DNA from: Eledone cirrhosa
Taxonomy: Eukaryota
Direction: 5' to 3'
DNA: 64,000 nt
NCBI GenBank assembly: GCA_964016885.1
Contig: OZ024746.1
Location: forward strand, 3,410,001 to 3,474,000
Below, in pieces: positions 12,080 to 22,965 of this stretch. Within the stretch, counting starts at the first letter, position 1; each line of letters begins with the position of its first letter. The notes below the pieces were generated by a model. The model ran no database searches and was not told the origin of the DNA. It saw only the letters and a program-made list of their open reading frames with translations. Position numbers and translations under genes: made by a program.

Positions 12080-12471
12080 CAGAAAACCCGCCTTGCCTAA
12101 GTACAAAGCGAAACCTAGTCAGTAGGCACCTCTTAATCAAATATACACCACCATCCCCACCCCCATCAACACCACCCCTTTCTCTGTAAAGTTATGTTGG
12201 TACTACAACATCCAGTCCTAAATAAATGAGGTCGTGTAGGTGTCACGACAAAAAAACACACAGTCCACGCTGTAATGTGGCCGTGAAGGTAGCATGGTAA
12301 AAACCTCCCAGTTCACACTGTAAACGTGGTTGGTGTTAGGAAGGGCATCTAGCCGTAGAAAACCTGCCAGGCAGTCCTATACGAGCGAGACGACCAATCT
12401 TACCTCAAGTGGGACAATTCCAGTCTAAACCCATGCTAGCGTGGAAGATAGACATTAAACGATGATGATGA
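12080..12471 (+). mobile_element. 5'-truncated RTE copy (3'UTR plus (GAT)n tail)
   Basis: Reverse complement of 7615-8000. Confidence 0.9.
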
Positions 12472-12842
12472 TACTCTCCCTTCACTATATAAACACCCTA
12501 CTGGCTACCCTTTAACCACACACTGCCAGCCCCTGTCACACACAACTATATCACCTGCTGTCAATCTTTTATGACTTGAAAACCAAATGTTATTCACCAA
12601 CACTACAGCACAAGCATGACACACCTCACAACTGATTGGAGGACTAATACAGGTATTTACAAACAATTTAAGACAAATCACCTGCACCAGAATATACATC
12701 TAACAATAATTCCTTACTTTGTGCTGGCCTTATATAGCGCCTATGAGTAATGTTGGTGTGTACATCTTGCTTTCATTTACTGTGCTATCTAAATGTAGGG
12801 AGTTCCTAGTGTGTTGTATATAAAGTACAAATGCATGTGAAT

Positions 12843-13021
12843 TGGCAGTATCGGTAGAGGGTCGGACGCCATGCTTTCTAGCATAGTTACGTCCCTTTAC
12901 GGTCTGAGTTCAAATCCCGCCGAGGTTGACTTTGCCTTTCATCCTTACGGGGTCGATAAAATAAAGTACCAGTAATACACTGGGATAATTGCTGGCCTTG
13001 TGCCAAAAGTAGAAACAATTA
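12843..13021 (+). mobile_element. Full-length tRNA-derived SINE with Pol III A and B boxes
   Basis: A box TGGCAGTATCGG, B box GAGTTCAAATCC, core ccgaggttgactttgcctttcatcc. Further copies at ~3425, 23740, 43703, 49550. Confidence 0.9.
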
Positions 13022-13299
13022 TTAGAATGCACATAACCTATCTACCCCCCACCCGCCTGAAGCGCACGAAAAAACAAAAACAACAACCATATAGTCTGTA
13101 AATAAACATACTTTCATTTTGTAGTATTTTATAGGAAGTGTCCCAAAGACATTGGAAGGATATCTCTTCTAAAACTATAACAATCTCTCTGAATTAGCTG
13201 ATTCTTACAACTTAACCCTTCCCAGTAATCTTTCTAGAATATTCTTCAAACCCACGTCCTCTCCTCAACATTAAATACTAACTTATCACAGATAAAATT

Positions 13300-13705
13300 T
13301 AATATTTAATAAAAACAAAATACACTACTAAGGGAAGAAAAGTGAAAAAGAAAGAAGGATCAAGCGGCGAAAGAAAGGGAAAGGGACAGTCACTACACTC
13401 CAGTCTGAGCGGTGCCTCAGTCACACCCTGCGGACAAAACGGCAAAAGCTTTACCGCGGAGAACGGCCAGAGACACCCACTGCAACCGCCACCCCACCTC
13501 ACAGGGTTCCCTCTTATAGCGGGCCGCTGTCTTTCTGACTTTACGGAGGAAATCAGCAGTGCAGGATCCAATGAGGCCAAAGAAAGAAGCGCTCGGCCAG
13601 GCCCCGGTATTTGACTATCTTCCTCTCTTCCGCATTGCAGGCAGTGGGGCCCGGGTTTATGGTCGAAGTGACAAGGTTGGAGGCGGAGGAAGAGTCGCTG
13701 CATGT
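13300..13705 (-). other. GC-rich element, copy 1 (homologous to 22700-22965); possibly the 3' end of a non-LTR retroelement
   Basis: ~120-nt core aligns with 22825-22930; CLQC...SSVKSERQRP peptide; pyrimidine-rich tail. Confidence 0.45.
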
Positions 13706-14140
13706 CTAACTACAATCTCACCCTAATCATCCATCCTTCCTTGACGAGATTTAACAGACTTCAAGTTGTTCCTCTTCCTGGCATTATCCACATACTGGGG
13801 AGCGTTTACGGTCGTTGGATCTGACTGAAATAGCAGCCAAATATCATTCAAAGCACACCCTAATGCCATGAAAAGGGACACAATCGATAATGTAGTACTA
13901 GATATGCAATGCCAGAGAAAAACACGAGATGGTCATATCTGGACCGCCTTTAATCACAAGTTAACCCCGTGTCAGCATACTTTTAAGGCTAATCAAAAAG
14001 ATATACTCACACAAAATATATTTAAAAGAAAATTTCTGGCTTATTTGGGGGCAATTTCAGTTTATAACATAACCATTTTATTTTTTAATGTTGCAAACGA
14101 TTTGTAATGTTATTTATGAAATAAATATGTACCTTGTAGA

Positions 14141-14184
<44 letters not shown>

Positions 14185-14302
14185 GTAGAAGTTCTATTTA
14201 AATTATTGGAATACAACAAGCAAATATTTTTATAACTGATATAAAGCACTCAACAAATTATTGGAGTAAAAATACGATATATTAACAAATGGAAACTATA
14301 TT

Positions 14303-14367
14303 TATTTCATTATACATATTTCAAGGACACCAAGTCAAATTATGGTGCGCTTTCATCAGATAAAATA
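14303..14367 (-). ncRNA. Minimal type-I hammerhead ribozyme, copy 1
   Basis: uauuuuau CUGAUGA aagcgcacca-uaauuugacu-ugguguccuu GAAA uaugua UA augaaaua: 8-bp stem I, ~9-bp stem II with one mismatch, 2-bp near-palindromic stem III, AUA site. Confidence 0.82.
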
Positions 14368-14411
14368 TAATATAGATCAGTTTTATAAATAAATATTGAC
14401 ATACCCTTAAA

Positions 14412-14600
14412 TAATTGTTTCTACTTTTGGCACAAGGCCAGCAATTTCCCAGTGTATTACTGGTACTTTATTTTATCGACCCCGTAAGGATGAAAGGCAA
14501 AGTTAACCTCGGTGGGATTTGAACTCAGAATGGCAAGGGCCGTAACTCTATGCGTCAAAGCATGGCGTCCGACCCTCTACCGATACTGCAAATTCACTAA
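14412..14600 (-). mobile_element. tRNA-derived SINE with a 17-bp target-site duplication
   Basis: acatacccttaaataat occurs at 14399-14415 and 14601-14617. Confidence 0.92.
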
Positions 14601-14990
14601 ACATACCCTTAAATAATGCGACCATTTCTGTTGGAAGCTCCCGGATAGTGGGGTTATTAAATTTATTTAGTCTATTATGCAAATTAGTGTCGGATATGTT
14701 TAAATCACAGTAGATTTAAAATAAGCCGTTGGGGTATGGAGAAAGAGAAAGCCCTAAGTGATAGGTTGTTGTATTTGCGTAAATTTTAAGATGAAGTGAA
14801 AAAATAAATATTTATTGGATGAGTTAGGAAGAGTAAATAAGCGTAAATAGAAAATAAATAAATAATAATAACTGGAGAATTTTATCCAATGTTTAAATAT
14901 GGTTAAATGTTTAGTTTATCAATTAAATTATTGAGATCTATTAAAAGAATATATTCATATATATATATATACACACACACATATATACGT

Positions 14991-15222
14991 GTATGTCAAT
15001 ATTTATTTATAAAACTGATCTATATTATATTTTATCTGATGAAAACCACCATAATTTGACTTGGTGTCCTTGAAATATGTATAATGAAATAAATATGGTT
15101 TTATAAATATAGTTTCCATTTGTTAATATATCGTATTTTTACTCAATAATTTGTTGAGTGCTTTATATCAGTTATAAAAATATTTGCTTGTTGTATCCCA
15201 ACAATTTAAATAGAACTTCTAC
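14991..15222 (+). mobile_element. Penelope-like/retrozyme-like repeat copy 2, inverted relative to copy 1
   Basis: Reverse complement of 14185-14404 with a few indels; flanked by TA/CA microsatellite. Confidence 0.75.
15028..15091 (+). ncRNA. Minimal type-I hammerhead ribozyme, copy 2 (weakened stem II)
   Basis: uauuuuau CUGAUGA aaaccacca...ugguguccuu GAAA uaugua UA augaaaua; core intact, base of stem II disrupted. Confidence 0.7.
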
Positions 15223-15911
15223 ACACATATATATATATTTTTTTATATATACAATGTCCACGAGACACGTTTGTAATAGATCGAAATTATGTAAAAACGA
15301 GTTTTGACAATAACTACTGAAATCTGATTACAAATCACTTATCAAATCTAGGGAATCATTACAGCGTGTTTTTACATATGGTTTGTCTATTACAAACCTG
15401 TTATATATATATATTACATGCAAATATCCCATACAGTATTTGCATGCCAACGTCCATTCATATTCGCTATAAGATCATTGTGTAAGACTTCCACAGAAAT
15501 ACAATGTATTGCTAACATTTATAACTAACCATGTTTTCATCGGGGTTCTTTAAGCAAATTAAAACCGTAGAGTATATATGTAGGTAATACCCCCACGAGG
15601 AATAAATTTGAAAATTAGCTTATTATACATAGAGATATCTAAATTATCTATTTTATAGATAGATATATTTAAACAGTGCATTAAGATGAAAAATGATATT
15701 TTAAAACCAAATCCAAATGAATTTTATAATATTTAATGACTGATATATTTATTACTGCTCATATTCTGTTTCATGAAAATTCAATCAAGTTACCCTAAGG
15801 GTAGAATTTGTAATATAGACCTACATATACATCTTATACCAAGAGTTCAGTATACTTCGGATATGCAGACAATGTACTTAATAAAAAAGACACTTAAACA
15901 TTCTATTATAT

Positions 15912-15948
<37 letters not shown>

Positions 15949-18900
15949 ACTCGGAATAGTGATAACGTATAATTTCAGTGACGGTGTGTTACAATAAAAA
16001 AAAATCGGAATCTATAATAAAAGCCGTTGATTAAATTTACTTTAGTCAGTTACCTTTGTTCAATTTAAATGAAAATAATAAAAAAATAATGCATTTATTA
16101 AAATATATTTACCGGTTTTGTTAGAGACAGCAAACCGAAAGAATAAGACCTCCGACCGGTTCCACGTTTCTGTCAATTCAATTGCAAGGAGCTTAAAGAC
16201 ACGCAACTCTACGAGGAAAAAAATGAACAAAGATACCCCCAAATTTTTTAAATAGAACATTTATTCAACAACGACGTTTTAAATATTTACTATTTTTATT
16301 AGATATTCCTTTTTGCAAAGAAAAAATAAAATCAACTTTGAAATATAAAATAAATATTATTTGCAAAAGTTCTTTGTAAATGATGTAAGCGGCTAGTGTA
16401 AATGGTGAAAGTAATATATGTTTTCTTTTATTATCTGTTTTTATAATATTTTTAGTGTTTTATATCAGGAAGACTTGCGTGTGAAATATAAAGCAATGTC
16501 TTAAAGTATATGTGTTTATAATTAAATTTACGATATTTTTTGTCTTAGTCTGGCCTGATGAATATTCATATAATACATTATGTATTATTCTAATTATACC
16601 TACTAAGCGGCCTTTCTGTAGTTTCGAACATTAGCTAAATCCGGCCTCATTTACTTGATGGTATCAATTTATCTCCATTCATTTGGTAAGTTCTTAACTG
16701 ATTTACACTAAACATATCATGCATTTTTTTTCTTATTAATATACATCTCTTTATTTCTTATGTTGATGCTGCAATTATTATTTAAGAGCCTCCATTTTCA
16801 CGATCAAATTCAACCCTTAACTGTCCTGGTACCCGCCTTTCACTTGACCATTGCTTAATGTCTGCTTACCGCTCTCTCTCTCTCTCTCCCCTTTATAAAT
16901 AAATAAATATATCTATGTATGATATTGACGATGTTTTCTTTCTTTCTCATTCTTTAAAAACAAAACAAAACATTATTTAATCCACCCACAACCAATAAAT
17001 AATCATTGCTGTATTTTGAAAATGTTATTTAGCTAAGAATTTCACCCTAGGAAGCTGCTGAAAATACTGAACTCTATACATAACTGAAGTTTCCTACATT
17101 CACTTACGAACCACAAGTATGGTGGATCGAATTTTGCAGTATGGCCTCTTGCCACAAACACTTTTCTTTTTCTCCCTCTATTCTTATTTTCTTCTCGTTC
17201 CTTTTAAACCAAATCTATTTCTAGAATAAATACATATAGGTGGAATTATTATTTATTCCGACTTCTTTTGTTTTTAACTACGACAATAATTTTGAAAGTT
17301 TCCCTGAATATTATATTTAAAATACGTAAATAGAAAGGGAAATGTGATAACCTTTCTAGTTGTAGTAGTAATATTGATTGCAACTGTAATATTTATTGGA
17401 GTTTGGTATGAAAATTGGAGGGATAGCAAATTGATGAGGACAATCGATAATAGTGATCATATTGACATATCGTATATGACCCCAGGATGTCAATAAGTCC
17501 AGGTCAGTTCGCCTTCCTAATTTACTGCTTTATTTCTCTCTAGTCCCCCCTCCTCTCTCTCATATATATATATATATTTATATGTATATATATATATTTA
17601 TATATATTATATATATATATATATATAGGGATAGAGAAATGAAGAGAGAATAGCCAAAAGCAATTACCAGAAGCTTAATGTTTATTCCCATCTTGCGCCG
17701 TAGAACTAGAGGTAAGCTCTTATTGAGTTAGCTCTGGAATTCGGTTTCAAATCATAGTTGTAACTATTTCACTTTCATTTCCTTGGTTAATACTGCTTCT
17801 GGGAGGAGTATATAAACACCATGTTGTCTCATTTCCCCCACCCGTGTTTACATGAGAAAGAAATACACTTATTGTTTGTGTTTTATAACATTTGTTATTG
17901 GTCTTATAGCAAGTGCAATAGAAATGGCGTGGGTAGTTAAAAGTTGACTCGATATTGTATTATCCAGTGCTGTTGTAGTTGGACTGCTTTTGTGTTCATA
18001 TCCCTCTTGTGTTACCTCAATGGGGTCAATAGCCTGACGTCTTTACAATCTGCTTTCCGTCATGTCTAAAGTCATTATTGTAATAATTGCACACATATCA
18101 TTGTTGCCATTAAACTCTATTACTGGTTATTTCCTGTTTATATTTGAAATAACATACACATGTAACAACACCCCAACACATTCACAACATACACACCCAC
18201 ATAAACACTCATAACTGTAGACAATACTTATCTAAATTCAGCCGGGGACTTTTATATATTTACTACATTTCTTTTCTGGGTTTAGTTTTAATTTAACTTG
18301 CAGATTATTCGTACACTTATTACTATACAATATATCATCTATATATATATAAACGAAAATGTCTGTATGCAGGCGATGCATTTCCACAGTTTCCATCCGA
18401 TTTTGTTCACATTTGATACATAGGTTATTTTGCTCCTGGAGCATGTCAACGTACAGTTTAAATTTTGCTCTTCTCTAAAATAGCAGAGTTCTGGGGCTAT
18501 TTAAAGACGGCCCTGTTGATGAGAGAGGGGTCTTTATTTACAGTGGCGAAAGGTTAGCTCCCGGTAAATCGAGTTTACACCTGTGTTTCAGTTTCGGATA
18601 GTAGCTAGAGTGTTTCTATGTCTATAGTCATTAAGTTTAATCGATCACCTATTGATGTATAATCAGGAAAATAGAAAAGACGTACACGTCTATATTTATC
18701 ACAACAACGTTGCATGGTATAATAAACACACATATTCCTACTACGGTTCCCTAATTACAACACTTTTGGCAATATGTTCCATTCCTCTAAGAAGATTACC
18801 ATTATATCTTTATCAATATCCCCTCCTCTTTCTCGTCATGTTTTGGGAATTTTCTAAAATATGAACTAAGTTTATTTACTTTATATTAACTTCTCGGATA

Positions 18901-19404
18901 CCAAAGGAAGAGTGAACGAGATGGTGCAACGCTAATGTTTAGACAGATTAGCTCTTTGATCAGTCTAATGATCTAAGACATTCCAACCGTGACCATACTG
19001 CATTGATTTCAAATGAAGTGTATTTAGTGGTTACATTAACCAGTGTGATTTAAGGGAGATTTGGCTGCTATTTCTAGTAGGTCGAGCGCCAACGTAGATG
19101 TTTCTTTTTTCGACGAACGAGATCTGAAATCATTGTAAACCGAGTTTTGTCCTGGGCTTTTGTAAATATTACTGATTTGTCAAAAATGGTGGAGCACCTG
19201 GTTAAGTACCTTCAAGTATTTGCTTTTGGTTATCGACATCTTTTTGTGCAAATGCCACCCAAGTAAAAAGTATTTTTTTTTTCTTCAAGTGGTGATGGAA
19301 ATACGCACCAGTAAATACAACTGGATTCAATTAATTCAACTCGCGCCTCGTCTACAAAAATTGGTCATATAAAAACAAAAAACAAAAAAAAAATCAATAT
19401 TATT

Positions 19405-19565
19405 GTTTTAGCTTCTGGTCAGCCCTAACTGAGCAATTCCAGCCATGACCATCATCTCTGAGATTGTCGTAGGACTACATTAATCCAACGCGTCTCCCTC
19501 TTTTCAAGATGATAGATTCAGCTGCTACTTTTAGCAGGTCATACAGAGAGCCTGTCTCGTTGTCT
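19405..19565 (+). mobile_element. Abundant ~200-bp interspersed repeat, unclassified (also ~4330, 4620, 13790, 18960, 20200, 50560, 57998, 59250, 60660)
   Basis: Shared motifs ttccagccatgaccatc, ggactacattatccaa and gatttggctgctatttctagcaggtc in both orientations. Confidence 0.65.
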
Positions 19566-19776
19566 CGATATTAATTTGTAAAAGGTGGTGGAAGGTAGTA
19601 GAACACCTTATATGATTCTGTTTCGTACTCCGTTCAGCTAAAAGAAATCTTTAATTTCTAAATGATGTTTATTTTATTTTCACCCTTGTTTAGTTTCTTG
19701 ACACTGCAAACATTTTTCTTTTTAAATTCCAACGGGAAAATTTAAATCTTGCATTATAGATGTTTCTGCTACAGAG

Positions 19777-19837
<61 letters not shown>

Positions 19838-19842
<5 letters not shown>

Positions 19843-20112
19843 GAGGTTTATATTTAATTTGTTGGGATTCAACAAGCTTAAACATTTTATAACTGATATA
19901 AAGCACTCAATAGATTAGTGGAGTAAATACACAATATATTAATAAATGGAAACTATATTTATAAAACCATATTTATTTTATTATGCATATTTCAAGGGCA
20001 ACCAAGGCAAATTACGGTGCGCTTTCATCAGATAAAATACAGATTTGTTTTATAAATAAATATTGACATACCCGGAGAAAAAGACAACCTTAACGGTTGG
20101 AGCTTCCTGGAT
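19838..20112 (-). mobile_element. Penelope-like/retrozyme-like repeat copy 3, between (TA)n and (CT)n tracts
   Basis: Aligns with 14185-14650 once the SINE is removed. Confidence 0.75.
19974..20039 (-). ncRNA. Minimal type-I hammerhead ribozyme, copy 3
   Basis: uauuuuau CUGAUGA aagcgcaccg-uaauuugccu-ugguugcccuu GAAA uaugca UA auaaaaua: perfect 8-bp stem I, AUGCAU palindrome in stem III. Confidence 0.82.
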
Positions 20113-20113
20113 A

Positions 20114-20114
20114 G

Positions 20115-20195
<81 letters not shown>
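20114..20195. repeat. (CT)n microsatellite; (TA)n tracts at 19783-19839, 21531-21575, 21678-21737 and elsewhere
   Basis: Direct inspection. Confidence 0.97.
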
Positions 20196-20196
<1 letters not shown>

Positions 20197-21528
20197 GGAT
20201 TACATTATTTAATTTGTCCTCCCTTCCTTAAAACGCTAGGACGGGATTTAAGAGGCACGTGTCTGCTATTTCTAGCAGCCGAAGTATCCCGAAGAGGCTT
20301 CCTTGTCGGATGATTCAGTGTGGTTAGGCACCGAGCAATTCTAGATTCTTTGAAAAAGTAGTTTGATTATTGAAAGATAAACCCGTCTGGTATTTTCTTG
20401 GAAATCTGAAAGTGTTGACATGGACTGGTGGCGTTCTATGGAGCTAGACACTTATTTTAAATTTAGCGTGAAATTTCCTTTGTCGGAATAATGGACACAG
20501 CGATTGTGTGGAATCTTCCGCCTTCCATTAAATATTTATTTGGCTCTATTGCTACTTCTACAACTATTTCTGTTAGTAGTTGTTGAGTGGCTTACTTAGC
20601 CTTGCTAGGAAATTAAATTATTTTCTGGGATTATTAGCACAGACTAAAAGCAGAACGAATGTAAGATCAATAATGTTTTTAAAGAAAGTTATCAAAAATA
20701 CTATTGGAGGTGTGAAAGTAACAAGGGTTTATTTTTCCTCCTAAAAGCTAAGTTTAAAGTAGACATTTCTTACTTTCATATTTAATTGATATTTTGATAT
20801 CTTTTAGTAAAGTGGTAAATGAAACTGATAAGAGATTGAAAGGTACATTTTGGGCGTGTAAAATGTAACCGAGTGATAGTTGTTTATTTCAATATGGGCT
20901 CTAATTGACCAGCCTATGGTTAAATGCATCCTAACCATCACCACCCAGAGGTTTGTTTTAGGTATAGTGTACCTGGTACTACACAAATGCTCGTGTGTTG
21001 CGGACTATATATATATATAAGCCAAAGTCCTCAATTGAGGGACTATACAAGTAAAACTGACTTATTTTAGTCTGTTTAGCTTATATCCACTCCACTCCCG
21101 AATCGGGAATTTGGCTTAAGTTTAATGTTTCATTACTTCTCTGAGTTGATACTTTATTAATATATCTTATCATTTCATTGAGATGAATAAGTATTAAAGA
21201 CGATAACTTTTAAAATTGATATATATATACACATTTAAAACTTTCACAGGTAACTTGTTGCCCACAACACTAGCATTCTACTAAAAGGACATAGTGGGGC
21301 GGCGTTAAACTAAAAATATTCTGTTTGCACCTTCAGTCTTGTTTTCCTGTTGTATATATATATATATTCTTGTATGTATGTATGTATATATATATATATA
21401 TATATATAGGAAACGGCTTGAGCTCTGCCGTCGGGATCATACTTTTTCCTATTACCCACTCTATTACCCTAAGTATTGAGTACTCTGGTGCGTTATGGTC
21501 CATCTGGTTCCTTACCACACTTCCTTCG

Positions 21529-21579
<51 letters not shown>

Positions 21580-21674
21580 TATTCCGGATTCAATCGGGTG
21601 TAACCACAGTAGGTAAGGTACTCAATACATAACAGAGTATAATATATATATATATATACGTGTGTGTGTGTACT

Positions 21675-21739
<65 letters not shown>

Positions 21740-22699
21740 TAATGTTGAGCAGAATATTTACTTTCATTGTCCAAACAAGTCCGAAATAGTTTTATGCATT
21801 GCGTCCCTTTAACAACTTCTGTTGGCTGTTTTGAATCATGTGAAATCTCCCTATGATTTTAGGACCCTTATTCTATTGGTATTTATTACTTTTATGTTAC
21901 CGTGGATGCTGCATGACCGAATTGTTAAGGAATTCGCTTCATTAAGCCCTTGTTTTTATACCCACTCCGTAACATTTTGGACAGGTGTCATTTACCATAA
22001 CCACAGATTCGACCTATACCTTGTGAGTGAAATTGTGTAGACAAGAAACATTTCTGACTGCACCTCTAAATCAAAGGGTCCAGACATTTCACTCGTTGTG
22101 TCATGTTGAATTTACCTGAAATTACGTTAAGAGTGTACCTATGTATTTTCACAACCTGTTTTTTTTTTAGTTCAGCGTCTCTTTAATTTTGGGGTCGGGT
22201 CTTTGATAGAGGTGTCGGAAAATGTCGAAATATCAACTGACTGACTATTAACTTTTTTCAGCGCTCTTCCGTTACAGTTGCAACTTTTCCTGTTCTAAGC
22301 CAACTTAGGATTAAATCATTATCTTTCCTTTTAGGTTATATTGAATTCCATTCCTAGATATGAACAACTACAGTTTAGTACCTCCACCCTCATTTCCTTT
22401 CCTCATTATCTTTATTAATAATGCACTTTTCCACGGTATACAATACGATTATGTTGATGCTTTTTAAAACGAAAGTTTTTTTTAAATTTTACAATTCAAA
22501 TGATGTAGAAATGACATTACGTTCCTGTAGAAAATCTATGACTTATTCTTATTGGTGTAATCCGTTATCAAATGTCATGTCAACTATATTTTACAAAAAG
22601 AAGTTATACAATGAAGGAAATATGAGAAGAAAAAAGATAAAAACAAAATTAAGTAATGAAAAAAAAGAGGGATGGGGTAAAGAAGAGCAGATCTGACTG

Positions 22700-22965
22700 T
22701 GGAGGAAAGGACTATAAATGCTATGAAAAGGAAAGAAAGAGCAAGGATTATTAGGCCATGGAAGAAAGAGAGGGGAAGGGTGACATGCTCTATGCCTAGG
22801 GTGGGGCAGTGTTTTGGCTGTGCTCCGCAGACAATGCCAGCGACACCTGTTGCAACAGCCACCCCACCTCGCGCGGGCTCCTTCCTCAGACGGGTTGCTG
22901 ACGTTCGGATTTTACAGAGGAGCTCAGTGGAGGGCATAATAAAAAATTTCTGCGTTGGCGTCTAG
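22700..22965 (-). other. GC-rich element, copy 2 (homologous to 13300-13705)
   Basis: Shares gaggtggggtggcNgttgcaNNNggtgtcNctggc and the SSVKSERQ reading frame with copy 1. Confidence 0.45.

Larger units (their letters stand above)
14185..14650 (-). mobile_element. Penelope-like/retrozyme-like repeat copy 1, interrupted by a SINE
   Basis: Aligns with 19838-20112 and inversely with 14991-15222; ends in (TA)n; contains a hammerhead. Confidence 0.75.

Noticed and set aside
12843-12925. tRNA gene
   Set aside because: A and B boxes are present but the spacing is expanded and the sequence continues into a multi-copy SINE body.
13360-13720. Telomerase RNA, RNase P/MRP, 7SK or HDV-like ribozyme
   Set aside because: Short resemblances exist, but there is no template with pseudoknot and P6.1 in order, no valid P4 helix, and no correct P3/L3 geometry. 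The second copy points to a repeat family.
16551-16630. CTGATGA followed by an AT hairpin
   Set aside because: No correctly placed GAAA, stem III or stem I partner.
22878-22912. GAA-cGTC...CTGAGGA on the - strand resembling a type-II hammerhead
   Set aside because: GAAA is incomplete, stems I and II do not pair, and the motif is absent in the homologous copy.
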